A stretch of 64,000 nucleotides of DNA, from NCBI GenBank assembly GCA_965208325.1, contig OZ242326.1, positions 2,240,001 to 2,304,000 on the forward strand, written 5' to 3'. The stretch comes from Candidatus Poribacteria bacterium (lineage in GTDB: Bacteria; Poribacteria; WGA-4E; PCPOR2b). Below, piece by piece: positions 28,309 through 38,871 of this stretch. Made by a program: the position numbers and the translations under genes. The first letter of the stretch is position 1, and each line of letters begins with the position of its first letter. The notes under the pieces were generated by a model. That model saw only the letters and a list, made by a program, of their open reading frames with translations, did no database searches and was not told where the DNA came from.

Positions 28309-29007
28309 TTATCGTGCGGATTTGACCCGACCCCACGCGGCTGCGAGTTTTCCATTTAAACCCACCGACCGAGGACGGCCCGGCCCACCCTCCTTAATTT
28401 CTTCGCCCGTAATCTCGACATGATCAAATCGTGCTTGGGCGCCAGAAACCACAAGCCCCGCTTGGCCGGATTTAAGGGGTTGGAGATCCCGCGCGGCAAA
28501 AACTTCATCATCAATCCGAAATTCGAGCAGGTCGCCGTTGACCGATGCCTTAAGTTCGTACCACTTCTCTATATCTCCAACAAAGGGGAAATTTCGAATG
28601 AACCAGATTTGTGGTGTGGCTTTAATAATCCTTGTGGTTCCAAGCGTAAAATTGATGAAAAACAGGTAACGCTCATCCAACTCGCCGCGGTCGTACAAAG
28701 TAAGTCCTACACTTGCTGGGAGGTGTTTTTCTTGCACAAGCTTTACTCTGCATGAGAGGGAATAGTTGTTCCAATCCATATCCCCCGTTAGCCACAAGCT
28801 CATAAAACCGGGCTCGAAGATTTGTCCTACGGCCTCGCCTTCGTCAACCCACCATTTTTCCACGCGGCGATCCAAATTATAGATAGCCCACTCTGGTTCT
28901 CGTCCATCTTCAAAATCGTCGCGCCAAGTGCCAGCAAACCCGAAATTACTGTACGTCAGCATGCCAATTTGAAAGACGAGAACCCATTGAACAAGGACGG
29001 ATTTCAT
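28309..29007 (-). CDS. Secreted jellyroll (DUF1080-like) protein with conserved C-terminal tail
   Basis: Signal peptide, GTWRDDFEDG, WYELKA, SGQAGL, ARFDHVEI, tail GKLAAAWGRVK. Confidence 0.75.
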   Translation of the reverse strand: MKSVLVQWVLVFQIGMLTYSNFGFAGTWRDDFEDGREPEWAIYNLDRRVEKWWVDEGEAVGQIFEPGFMSLWLTGDMDWNNYSLSCRVKLVQEKHLPASVGLTLYDRGELDERYLFFINFTLGTTRIIKATPQIWFIRNFPFVGDIEKWYELKASVNGDLLEFRIDDEVFAARDLQPLKSGQAGLVVSGAQARFDHVEITGEEIKEGGPGRPRSVGLNGKLAAAWGRVKSAR

Positions 29008-29042
29008 CTTGCAATTTTCCTCTCATTGAAGGGCTTCCGAAA

Positions 29043-29071
29043 ATAGTAGCAAATAGCCATTCATGTGTCAA
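29043..29071 (-). promoter_or_regulatory. sigma70-type promoter
   Basis: Minus strand TTGACA-N17-TACTAT. Confidence 0.5.
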
Positions 29072-29333
29072 GCAAAATTCGGGGATATATTGGTAGTAGT
29101 TAAGGGAAGGTTGGTTTTGTATGGATTTGAGTTACGTATATGATATAGAAGCAGGTTTGAATGTGAATCCTATTCTATAGTATAATATCTGCGCCAGACA
29201 GTGCGGATTCGACAAATCATGGAGTATCTCTTCCGAGCTTCCGCATTTTCCGTTGAAGTTAAAATCCAAGATTGGGATTGCATGGATTGCTACCACACAA
29301 ATTTCGAAGAAATTTCGTAAATTATAACGAACG

Positions 29334-30983
29334 ATGATTCGCCCTCATTTGAATTTTCAACGCAAGCTAATGGCCGTTTTTGTGGGGCTTACCTTGCTCC
29401 CCACACTTGTGCTTGTCCTCGTTTCTTACCATCTGATTGGTCGAAGCATTGAACGGTGGGCAGGTCATCAGATTGCCAATACTTTAGAAAATTCGGCTTT
29501 GATATTGCGTGATGCAAAGGAACTCGCACATAACCTTGAGCTTCACGAAACCGACCTATTGACGCACACTGCCGAGATTTTAGCGGTCGATTTTGATTTG
29601 GTTGCAGGATTAGATTCGCTTAATCTCGAAAATGTTGGCATACGTTCGGCTGAACTTGCCGATGATAACGCAGAATACCTCATCGCTGTGTATGATCGAT
29701 TGGGGAACAGAATATTCACCAGCGTTAGCTCGGACCTGCCGCCGCTCAATCTCGCTGAATTTTTGAATCCCTTGGATGAATTGCCTGATGCCCCTACAGT
29801 TTCCGAGGAATTGGAAAATCAAGGATATTTGATATGTGGGATGCCAATCTTTTCTGAAGACGGCGTCCTACGATTGGGTGCCATTGTCGTCGGAAAATCA
29901 ATGCCGCTGACGCCCGCTCAGACACGTTCTCAGATGGTCTCCATCAAAAACAGCCTTGGGAGCATCAAAAGCCAACTCGGCACTTTGGAGTCCAATATGG
30001 ATGCGGGAGGGACGGTAAACCGTCGAACAGAAAAGCGAACAACTTCTATCGCGCTGGTAATCACGGCAGTTTTGGTAATTGCTCTGTCCTTTTGGGTGAG
30101 TCGTAGCCTCGCTAGGGGAATTAACACGCCAATCCAATCACTCGTTGCCGGCACAAAACAGATTGCCGATGGAAATCTTGACTACAAGGTCGAGGTGCTA
30201 ACTGATGATGAATTTGCCGATTTAGCGAGGGCGTTCAATCGAATGGGGAACGACCTCAAGAAACGCACTGAAGAACTCAGGCGCGCCGAACAAATTGCGG
30301 CATGGCAGGACGTCGCACAAAAACTGGCGCATGAGATAAAGAATCCGCTGACCCCAATCCAGTTGTCGGCGCAACGCCTACAACGCCGTTACCAGAACGG
30401 TGGCGAAGACTTTGGGGAGCTTCTAGATCGCTGTACACAAACCATCATCACTGAAGTTGAGGGGTTAAGGCATCTGCTCGACGAGTTTTCCCTGCTTGCC
30501 CGGATGCCATCCCCCCAGATCGCTTCCGTGAACTTACGCGAGACAATTGACGAAACTTTGGAACTATTCGACAACGTACCGTCGAATATTGTTTGCCAAA
30601 TTGATGCTTCACCTGACCTGCCTCTAGTTACCGCAGACGCGGAATATCTGAAACGCGCCTTTTTCAATTTGATTAAAAACGCGCTGGAAGCCATGTCGGA
30701 AACTAACGAGCCATCGCTGACGATTCGCGCATTCACGTCAGCCGACGCATCAAAAGTGTGTGTGCAGTTTTCCGATACAGGGCCGGGAATACCTGCTGAA
30801 ATGAGACCAAAGTTGTTCATGCCGCACGTGTCTACCAAGAAAGAGGGAATGGGACTAGGTCTGGCGATTGTAAAAAAAATTCTCACGGATCTTGGCGGCG
30901 ACATCCGCGTTGAGGAATCTAAATTCGATTCGGCCGGTGCGACTTTTACACTATGGTTGAAGGCAGTTGAAGCTGAAACGTGA
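29334..30983 (+). CDS. NtrY-like HAMP sensor histidine kinase
   Basis: Two TMs, HAMP, H-box LAHEIKNPLTPIQL, N-box NLIKNA, DTGPG, GMGLGL. Confidence 0.92.
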   Translation: MIRPHLNFQRKLMAVFVGLTLLPTLVLVLVSYHLIGRSIERWAGHQIANTLENSALILRDAKELAHNLELHETDLLTHTAEILAVDFDLVAGLDSLNLENVGIRSAELADDNAEYLIAVYDRLGNRIFTSVSSDLPPLNLAEFLNPLDELPDAPTVSEELENQGYLICGMPIFSEDGVLRLGAIVVGKSMPLTPAQTRSQMVSIKNSLGSIKSQLGTLESNMDAGGTVNRRTEKRTTSIALVITAVLVIALSFWVSRSLARGINTPIQSLVAGTKQIADGNLDYKVEVLTDDEFADLARAFNRMGNDLKKRTEELRRAEQIAAWQDVAQKLAHEIKNPLTPIQLSAQRLQRRYQNGGEDFGELLDRCTQTIITEVEGLRHLLDEFSLLARMPSPQIASVNLRETIDETLELFDNVPSNIVCQIDASPDLPLVTADAEYLKRAFFNLIKNALEAMSETNEPSLTIRAFTSADASKVCVQFSDTGPGIPAEMRPKLFMPHVSTKKEGMGLGLAIVKKILTDLGGDIRVEESKFDSAGATFTLWLKAVEAET

Positions 30984-31008
30984 GTTGAGAGCGATCGCGT
31001 GCCTTTAA

Positions 31009-32337
31009 ATGAATACTAGACGGGTTGTCACTGCATTCTTGGCTCATAGTGGAAAAATCCTGCTGCTGAAACGTAGTAGCAAAGTCAGGACATACCCTAG
31101 GCGCTGGGCGGGCATTAGTGGTTCGATAGAACAAGTCGATGCATCCCCCGATGAAAGAGTTTTGAAGGAGATAGAAGAGGAAACCGGTCTTTTCCCGGAA
31201 GATATTCAATTCGTCAGAAAGGGCAAACCGGTAAGAATTGCGGATGAAAACCGGATTTGGATGGTTTACCCCTTTCTCTACAATGTGCCAAACCCGGGCA
31301 AAATCCGCACAAATTGGGAGCATACCGACAAATTATGGATTGAGCCGGGTGAGATTACAGCGCATAATACCGTCCCAAACCTAGCGCAAACACTCGATAG
31401 CGTCTATCTGAGAAAAGGGCTTTCCAATCGCATTGCTGACATTGAAGCAGATCGTACACTCGGTGCGTCAGAACTTGCGCTCGCGGCGTTGTATGTATTG
31501 AAAAGGGAAACTACTGAAGTACGCGCGAAATCTCCGGACGCCCTGCTTGCCCATTTGTCCAACGTCGCATGGCATCTGCGCAGCACTAGGCCAAGCATGG
31601 CCCCATTAACAAACGCGACTGCTTTCGTGCTCTACCACGCCATGAGGGAACCAATTAAACGCAAGCGGGTATCTTATCTGAGAGCGCTCATCGCTGAAAA
31701 AATTGACGAATATGAGACGAATTGCAGGAACGCCTCGAAAATCATCTCGCATCAAACCGAGAGTTTGCTGGCAGATAATACAACCATCCTGACACATAGT
31801 TACAGTGGAACGGTTGTAAATGCAATTGCGAGTTCGAGCAGGGAACACCTACATATCATCGTCACCGAATCTAGGCCATTATATGAAGGCGTCAAGACCG
31901 CCAATCGCCTATCGGAGAACTACGATGTTACTCTCATCACCGATGCACAAGCGGGACATTTCATTGGACAAGCGGACATCGTGCTCATTGGATCGGATTC
32001 TGTCCTTCCGGATGGAGCAGTGGTGAACAAGGTGGGTACACATCTGATTGCGCTTGCAGCCGAACGGCAAAATGTACCGGTATACGCCCTTTGCCAAACA
32101 GACAAATTTCGGTCTTTAGCCCACAATAACGATTCAACAATCGAGTTAGAAGAAAAGGACGGTTCGGAGGTGATATCGGAGGGGATTCGAAAGGTAAAGG
32201 TTAGAAACATCTACTTTGACGTAACACCAGCCGAGTTGATTCGCGGCATCGTCACAGAGCGCGGCATACTAACGACCAACGACGTATTACCGGTTGCTAA
32301 GGAGATAGCTGAATATGAAAGTGTTTGGCAAATGTGA
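31009..32337 (+). CDS. NUDIX hydrolase fused to eIF-2B alpha/beta/delta-like domain
   Basis: N-terminal WAGISG..KEIEEETGL, NWEH; C-terminal RPSMAP, ESRPLYEG, VVNKVGT, NIYFDVTP, IVTERG. Confidence 0.85.
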   Translation: MNTRRVVTAFLAHSGKILLLKRSSKVRTYPRRWAGISGSIEQVDASPDERVLKEIEEETGLFPEDIQFVRKGKPVRIADENRIWMVYPFLYNVPNPGKIRTNWEHTDKLWIEPGEITAHNTVPNLAQTLDSVYLRKGLSNRIADIEADRTLGASELALAALYVLKRETTEVRAKSPDALLAHLSNVAWHLRSTRPSMAPLTNATAFVLYHAMREPIKRKRVSYLRALIAEKIDEYETNCRNASKIISHQTESLLADNTTILTHSYSGTVVNAIASSSREHLHIIVTESRPLYEGVKTANRLSENYDVTLITDAQAGHFIGQADIVLIGSDSVLPDGAVVNKVGTHLIALAAERQNVPVYALCQTDKFRSLAHNNDSTIELEEKDGSEVISEGIRKVKVRNIYFDVTPAELIRGIVTERGILTTNDVLPVAKEIAEYESVWQM

Positions 32338-32420
32338 GTCGGTATAAGCGATCTGCTTTGTTAATTAGGCAGATTCATAAACAACTCTCTAATCGTAAAT
32401 TATTGTCAATGTTTAATTGG

Positions 32421-35024
32421 TTAGTTTTGTGAAGAGCGCCTAAAATCAATTCTGCGCAGAGCGATATCAAGAAGCAGCAGAAATGCAGCGATAGCAAGTA
32501 GGATGCGCCAAAGATGAATCCGAATCATAACCGGATTTTCAGGTGCGCGAAACACGTCTTCGGGCGAAGGCGCGAATTTTCCGCCTGAAGCCGCGGCAAG
32601 TTGTTTCAGGAGCGATTCATTTGCCGTGTGCACGAGATACTCTTCAGGATATGAGACGACCGTGCCGGTGACTTGGGTGTTGACGGATTCCCCATGCTGC
32701 TTCTGCATGATGTTGACAAAATACGCTCCCATATCATTAACCGGAAAAGAGAGTTTATATTGCCCCGGCGCCGATTGAGTCATGTCCAGCGGTGTCTTCT
32801 TTAGGTTGGGTTGAATGAGGGAAACATCGTTTTCGAGTTCATTGAGAAAATCACCCTCCGCGTTCAGCGCGTCCACAGTCAGATAAGCGGCTCCCCTGTC
32901 CTGTTCAATGTTTGCTTGGAAGTTGCTGGCAGCGGATTTTCGCATGGTATCGCGCACCAATTGAGTCCAGAATTTTCCGTAGCCGGGCCACTCCAGCCAA
33001 TCTGTTGCCCACCGCCTCTTTGCATCAGAGGTAAACGCAACCGACCTACCTAAGCCGTATTGCCAGCTCGCTAGAATCGGATCCCCCCGGTCTGAAACCA
33101 AATAGACTTCGGCAGTCGGACGGGGGTGTGTTGAAACATAACCAAGCAGGAACGGCGCAAAATCTAGGTCAATGCCTTGCAATACTTGTGTGAATTTGAC
33201 AACCTGCGGGACAAACGGATCGTCGATTATCGCGGACTTGGAAGCGGTAACAGTCTCTTTGGCGAATATCTGGGGGATGCTGTAGGCGTCTTGTGTAAAG
33301 TAAGCTCGCCCGTTGCCCCAATCTGCGATGTTTGACATCAAGTTCATATCGGCGCCACTGCCGATGCCCACAGTCGAAACCGTGATCCGCTCGCCGCGCA
33401 TCGAATTCACAATACCGTACCAATCGCCCTGTTGCGAATGTCCGTCGCTGAGGACGATGACGTGTTTAAGTTTGGCTTTGGTCTCGGTCAAAGCGAGATA
33501 CGCCTGTTGAAGTGCGGGATAGAGGTTGGTACCACCACTCGCGCGGATTGAGCCGATTTGGTCGGATAGATAGAGTTTGTCCGCTGCGGTGTGCATCTCG
33601 GCGATCCAGTGCGGCGACCCATCAAATGCGATTACCCCGAGTTTATCTCGCCGCCCAAGCAGTTCGACCGTTGCGCGTGCGGCTTCTTTAGCCAATTCAA
33701 CCTTAATTCCCGACATACTTCCTGACTTGTCAATTACCAGAACCATTCCAATGCTTGGGGTCTCCTTCTTCTTTTCTGTGTCGGTACGCACCGGTAAAAT
33801 CTCCTCAATCGGTGTTTTATAGTAACCCCCAAGCCCGAAGCTGTTTTCACTTCCTAACATCATGAACCCTCCGCCAAGGTCTTGGACATATGTGCGGATG
33901 AGCTCCATCTGCCTCTGATTCAATCGGTTGGCGGGCACGTCACCAAAGAGCAACAGGTCATAATTCTGAAGGTCCGACAGTTGGTTGGGAACGCCCAAAC
34001 CGTTGCGGACATTGACTTGAATGTCCACATCCTCAAGTACACGAACTAGATGCCGCGCCTGTGATTCGTTCTCATCGATTACCAGCACCTTCGGCGTGCC
34101 GGAAACAACAACGATGCCGAGCGCATGATTGTTGTCGTAGCGTGTGTCCTGAATCGAGCGGCAGATCGCGTCGAAGGTCAACATACCGCTCTCAGCCGCG
34201 GTTTGATCGAAACTGAATCGGTTTTCGCCCGCCTTTAACCGTACCTCCCTTTTGGCGACCTCGAACTTATTTTTGTGTAGGCGAATCTCCGCGAAATCCT
34301 CGCGGTTGCTGTGGATGTGCACTTCCAATTGGAAAGGTTCACCCTGTTTGACCTGCGCCGGTGCATCAAGCCGCTTCATCACAACTTCCGGCACATCGCT
34401 CGGGTAAATCGGCACGGCATCAAGTTGCACGCCGAAGGTTTTTCCGCGTAACCCTGCCCGAATTCCATTGCCGTGGGTTTCTGTTCCGTCGCTAATTAGC
34501 ACGATTCGCCTGTTTGTGTCGGCGGGGAAAATTCCCCACGCCATCTCGATACCTTGCGCGATATCGGTAGCATCTCCAGCGCCTTCATCCCCTGCCAGCC
34601 ATTCTTCCCGCGTTTCAGCCAGTTTAAATGCTCCGATCGTTGTCGGTTCGTTGTTGGTATCCCTAAAATTTTCATCGGTAAAGTCCCGAATGACCTGTAC
34701 GTGGTTAGTAAACGCCACAACACTTGCGCTGTCGCTGCCACGGTGTTCTATCGCTGTGTCAATAAATTTTTGCGCTTCTTCCAACCCATCGTCCGATATA
34801 CTGTCCGATATATCTGCGAGGAAAACGACCGCTAGTCTATCGTCAGTTTTTAAGAATTGGAGTCCAGCGAGGCTAAGGATGAGCAGGATAATGATGATAC
34901 AACGCAGAGCAAAGCTGACTCGACGCTGCCAGCGGCCTAGATCGACGAGGCTACGGCGGTGACCGTAGTAAAGCAGAGGCAATAGAAGCAGTAAGAAAAG
35001 TAGGTAGGGGCGTGCAATTTCCAT
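32421..35024 (-). CDS. Membrane-anchored double von Willebrand factor A domain protein with glutamine-amidotransferase-like domain
   Basis: BatA-like N-terminus, MIDAS motifs DISDS and DKSGSM, GGGFMMLG, WQYGLGR, C-terminal TM; ORF track start 35069. Confidence 0.85.
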   Translation of the reverse strand: MEIARPYLLFLLLLLPLLYYGHRRSLVDLGRWQRRVSFALRCIIIILLILSLAGLQFLKTDDRLAVVFLADISDSISDDGLEEAQKFIDTAIEHRGSDSASVVAFTNHVQVIRDFTDENFRDTNNEPTTIGAFKLAETREEWLAGDEGAGDATDIAQGIEMAWGIFPADTNRRIVLISDGTETHGNGIRAGLRGKTFGVQLDAVPIYPSDVPEVVMKRLDAPAQVKQGEPFQLEVHIHSNREDFAEIRLHKNKFEVAKREVRLKAGENRFSFDQTAAESGMLTFDAICRSIQDTRYDNNHALGIVVVSGTPKVLVIDENESQARHLVRVLEDVDIQVNVRNGLGVPNQLSDLQNYDLLLFGDVPANRLNQRQMELIRTYVQDLGGGFMMLGSENSFGLGGYYKTPIEEILPVRTDTEKKKETPSIGMVLVIDKSGSMSGIKVELAKEAARATVELLGRRDKLGVIAFDGSPHWIAEMHTAADKLYLSDQIGSIRASGGTNLYPALQQAYLALTETKAKLKHVIVLSDGHSQQGDWYGIVNSMRGERITVSTVGIGSGADMNLMSNIADWGNGRAYFTQDAYSIPQIFAKETVTASKSAIIDDPFVPQVVKFTQVLQGIDLDFAPFLLGYVSTHPRPTAEVYLVSDRGDPILASWQYGLGRSVAFTSDAKRRWATDWLEWPGYGKFWTQLVRDTMRKSAASNFQANIEQDRGAAYLTVDALNAEGDFLNELENDVSLIQPNLKKTPLDMTQSAPGQYKLSFPVNDMGAYFVNIMQKQHGESVNTQVTGTVVSYPEEYLVHTANESLLKQLAAASGGKFAPSPEDVFRAPENPVMIRIHLWRILLAIAAFLLLLDIALRRIDFRRSSQN

Positions 35025-35259
35025 TGTAGTCTGTTGGTTTCCATTAATATAGAAACCGTTCGACAGCACTTAAGTATACTGCGAAAAATGCAGGGCATAG
35101 CTAAGGTGGGAAATTCAAAAGCGCAGCGCACTTTAATCCACCATCTTATTCGCGCAATAACCTCCCTGCCTCTTCAGCCAACTGATTTGCGACTTAAACA
35201 CGACGGTCAACTTAACTGCCGAGGCGTACTTGCTATTGCGCCCCGAATGCTGGAAAGAA

Positions 35260-35616
35260 TCATTTATGAATGATTTGGTCTTGCAAGGGGATAATCGTAT
35301 AAGGAATGCCGTAGGCCTCTCCCCTTACCGAACCTTTGGGGAGTTCGTGTACGTCCGAAAGTGGATGCGATGGAATTATAATGTGCGGCAAGGTGGGAGA
35401 TAAACTTTGTCCACTTTCAAGTCTACCGACACGTTTTTTAAGAACTTCAAGCTCTTTTTGTAGTCCATTTATCTGCGAAATGAGGTCTTTTGTTTCCGAT
35501 TCAGAGGCTTTCTCATTTCCCAATATTGTGAAATTGGATGTAATCAAGAAGACGAACAATACTATCCCGATCGCAGCCGAAATTGTAAGTAACCGCCCTG
35601 TTTTCATGTTTCCCAT
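35260..35616 (-). CDS. Small hypothetical membrane-anchored coiled-coil protein
   Basis: N-terminal TM then LISQINGLQKELEVLKKRVGRLE. Confidence 0.55.
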   Translation of the reverse strand: MGNMKTGRLLTISAAIGIVLFVFLITSNFTILGNEKASESETKDLISQINGLQKELEVLKKRVGRLESGQSLSPTLPHIIIPSHPLSDVHELPKGSVRGEAYGIPYTIIPLQDQIIHK

Positions 35617-35724
35617 CCTTCGAGTTGTTTTTGAGTCCCGTGAATTCAGAGTCCATACGGTAACTTTCGACTAGTGAAGTGAATAGTGGAATACACATTT
35701 GATATATTCTGAGTCTCGCGGTTC

Positions 35725-37188
35725 CTACTCCTCAATTGGTTTGATGGACTCGAAATACCGCTTTACGTAGAACTTGTAACCCAACGGAATCTGTTCTTGA
35801 GCGAGTGCATCCTCGGAAAACTTTTGGTACTTAGTGTAAGCCTCTTCATAACTTTCCACGGTCTGCGTCCCCGCAGACTCCGGATCTTCATTGACAAGTG
35901 TTTGAGTAATCTCTTCAATTGTTGAATCTCCGTCACCTTGTACGCCGGTGATTCGCTCTAATTGAAGAGAACTATCAAGCTTGGTCAACGCGCCGAGTGG
36001 ATTGGTATCTGTTGCAGTGCCTATTCCATTGGCAGGGCGATTCCCATTCGCAGCGCATACGCCAGCAATGCCTGCTTTACAAGCCTGACATTGAGCCTTA
36101 AGCATCGCCAACAGCGAGTTACACTTTTTCGTGCCTGCGCAATCCGACAGCTTCTGAGCAGCATCCAGTAATTTCTTATTAGCGATTTTCAAATCACTCT
36201 TCCCTACTGCGCGCCCGGCTTGAGCCAGGTCTGTTCCCAATGAATCGCACTGCGTCCCTTGCAAACTTGACCCGCCGCGTTCAAGTGCGTCGGAGACATT
36301 TTGGCGTTGCTCTGCATCAAACGATTTGAGTTTTTGGGATAACTTGAACAATCTCTCGGCGGACTTTTCATATTGACCTGACTTTAACGCCTGTCCGAAG
36401 TCGCTCAAATTGGGGTTTTCGGCAAGCTGTTCGCCGAGTGACTGCAACAAGGCATCCATCTTGGCAACGTCCTCAAGATTCATCTGCGATTGCAGCGCCG
36501 CGTCAATTTCGGTCAACTTGGCGAGCGCTTCTTTCGGCGTGATGTTTTCTTTCTTTAGTTCAAGGATTCTCTCTTTAATCTCTTCTACCAAGTCTTCCAG
36601 ACCGGTTTGTTCCGCTTCTTCCTCAACCCTTTCAATTTGTTCTAGTAGGTGATCGGCTTCCGCGGCTATTTGCGGCGAAAAGTCAAGTGTCGCGGGCGCT
36701 TCAGCTGGGGTAAAAAATTCAATGTAGGAAAATGCCAACGCCATAATTATTACCAACGCGGCAAACTTGGTTTCACGCGGGATAGAATAGCTAACAACCT
36801 CACTCGCCGGCACTTTTTGCAGTCGGTCAGAGGCATCTTTGAGTTGCAACGCGGTCAAGACTTCATCGGTCTGTTGTTGCATGAACTCAAGTCCGCTCGC
36901 CGCACGATCTTTCAAGGAGGCTTTGGCATCAATAGTCTGCGCAGCGGTTTGAAGATTGATTGGACGAAATAGGCTTGCAATTATTCCAATGGCTGAGATG
37001 CCTAGTGCTACCCAAATTAGGACGACGGGGGAAACATCAAACGTCGCGATAAAGCTATCGACGACAAACAACGGCACACATAGTATCATGCCCCAAAAAA
37101 GAAATCTTGCCAGAATTTTGAACGTCCTTTGTACGTTCAGTCGGCGGCGCACTTTGCGAATTTTTTCGATAATCAATTCTTCAGGCAT
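35725..37188 (-). CDS. Membrane-anchored coiled-coil protein of vWA/MoxR-type loci
   Basis: Three N-terminal TMs, LKDR motif, long helical region, C-terminal IPLGYKFYVKRYF; AGGAG RBS. Confidence 0.75.
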   Translation of the reverse strand: MPEELIIEKIRKVRRRLNVQRTFKILARFLFWGMILCVPLFVVDSFIATFDVSPVVLIWVALGISAIGIIASLFRPINLQTAAQTIDAKASLKDRAASGLEFMQQQTDEVLTALQLKDASDRLQKVPASEVVSYSIPRETKFAALVIIMALAFSYIEFFTPAEAPATLDFSPQIAAEADHLLEQIERVEEEAEQTGLEDLVEEIKERILELKKENITPKEALAKLTEIDAALQSQMNLEDVAKMDALLQSLGEQLAENPNLSDFGQALKSGQYEKSAERLFKLSQKLKSFDAEQRQNVSDALERGGSSLQGTQCDSLGTDLAQAGRAVGKSDLKIANKKLLDAAQKLSDCAGTKKCNSLLAMLKAQCQACKAGIAGVCAANGNRPANGIGTATDTNPLGALTKLDSSLQLERITGVQGDGDSTIEEITQTLVNEDPESAGTQTVESYEEAYTKYQKFSEDALAQEQIPLGYKFYVKRYFESIKPIEE

Positions 37189-37357
37189 TTTGCTCTCCTT
37201 TTGGTTTCAATCGCGTGTAAAGCAGGTGCATCCGATAGTTGAGGCGAGGCGACAATCCAAATAAGGGATTTTGATGTTTAAAATACCACTTACAAACGAA
37301 CTTGTCAAATCAAATTTATGACACTCGAATTTAACTAAAACGATGACGGCCGCACGG

Positions 37358-38818
37358 TTATTTCTGTGTATCTTGTTCGCCGAGAGACAGTATAGGTTTC
37401 ATCTCAAAGTTGATGTTAGATGTCGTTTCACCTGACCTGACCAGTGTTTTGGCGCCCGCGCGAGCGTAGGGATATTTTGAAGCAATAACCTCGAATTCGC
37501 CGACGGGAACTCCTTCAACGATATACATCCCAGACTCATCTGAAGACGTTTCGAGTCCAAAAGAATAGCCACCTCGGCGAACCTCAATTTTGGCATTGGC
37601 GATTGGTGTTTGGTTTTCGGCGTCTTTGACCTCTCCAGAAATGCTGCCATGTGCAAAGACGTCTACCCAACCTACTCGTGCTTCTACAGGAATCCCAGTA
37701 TCATCCGGCGTAGATAGGCGAAGGTTTTGTAAACTGACCGCGCTTCCGCCAGCCGTTACAGGCTTAAAGGTCACAACGACAAGCGGTCCTGTGCTTTTCA
37801 CTAAACCTTCTACCCCGGATCGGCGGCATGTGATGCCTGTGATGAGTCCATCATCATTGTTTATCACGGGGGCATTCCAAATTGTTGCCGCGCCGTCCTG
37901 ATTCAAGAACGTCCCTTCCGCGATGTCGATTGCTTGTAGAATTGACGGCTCGAAAGCAATGTCGAAACTGAATTTGTGAATATTCTCACCTGGCAGTCGG
38001 GCGAAGACTGTAATGGGAATGGAGTCAGCATCAGGGCTGACTACTGTCTTCCCAACGCTCACATTCCTGGCGAAGGCACGGTTGATTCCGCCCATCAGCG
38101 TTCTAATATCGTTCTCGCTCAAGGCGACGTTGAAAACCGCGAATTCGTCTATGAGACCGTCAAATGAGGAATCTAATCGACCGCCGATTTGTAAATCCCC
38201 ATTCCGTGGAGTATAGCGACTCGCTTCACTGGTCGACGCGATTTCGGAGCCATTTCTGTAAATCTTCATGAACTTGCTTGGAATGCTGTAAGTAAATGCC
38301 CAGTGTTCCCATTTGCCGACGGAATCCAGCGGGCGATCTACTGTGACTTGATTCCAACCATATTGCCAATGAATGGCGTTATATATGGGACGGTTCCAGG
38401 GAAAGTGGATTGCGCAACGATCAATTAGCCTCGACCCGGCGGGGCTTATGCTGTTAAGCGGCATTAGGCAGATAAGGTCTTGATTCTTAACCCCCTTTAG
38501 TTTTACCCATGCCATAATGGTCACTTCCTCACTCGGGAGTGCTTCTCCAAATCTAGGAATCTCGACAATATCGCCAAATCCGTCTAAATCCAACGCCATT
38601 CCGAACTTTCCCGGAGCCCAATTCGGATCGCCAGTGAACGTCCCATCATGACCATTCCCCGAAGAATCTATGGCGATTTCACTTGAGCTGTCATCAAATA
38701 ACCAGACGCCAACCGCTGAGTCGGGATCGACAGCGCCAGTGCTAACACCAGGTAAAATCAACGTGATGGCCAACAAACATACAAGGATTAGCGTAAATTG
38801 CGCCATTATTGTTTTCAT
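37358..38818 (-). CDS. Secreted LamG + cohesin-like + carboxypeptidase-regulatory-like domain protein
   Basis: Signal peptide; GVWLFD..DSSGNG..FDGLIDE; FDIAFEPSIL..EGTFL..VVTFKP; GSISGEVKD..PIANAKI. Confidence 0.8.
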   Translation of the reverse strand: MKTIMAQFTLILVCLLAITLILPGVSTGAVDPDSAVGVWLFDDSSSEIAIDSSGNGHDGTFTGDPNWAPGKFGMALDLDGFGDIVEIPRFGEALPSEEVTIMAWVKLKGVKNQDLICLMPLNSISPAGSRLIDRCAIHFPWNRPIYNAIHWQYGWNQVTVDRPLDSVGKWEHWAFTYSIPSKFMKIYRNGSEIASTSEASRYTPRNGDLQIGGRLDSSFDGLIDEFAVFNVALSENDIRTLMGGINRAFARNVSVGKTVVSPDADSIPITVFARLPGENIHKFSFDIAFEPSILQAIDIAEGTFLNQDGAATIWNAPVINNDDGLITGITCRRSGVEGLVKSTGPLVVVTFKPVTAGGSAVSLQNLRLSTPDDTGIPVEARVGWVDVFAHGSISGEVKDAENQTPIANAKIEVRRGGYSFGLETSSDESGMYIVEGVPVGEFEVIASKYPYARAGAKTLVRSGETTSNINFEMKPILSLGEQDTQK

Positions 38819-38871
38819 GATTTCCTCCCGAATTGATAAACTATCTGTATGTCTGGAATTCTAACAAGGAT

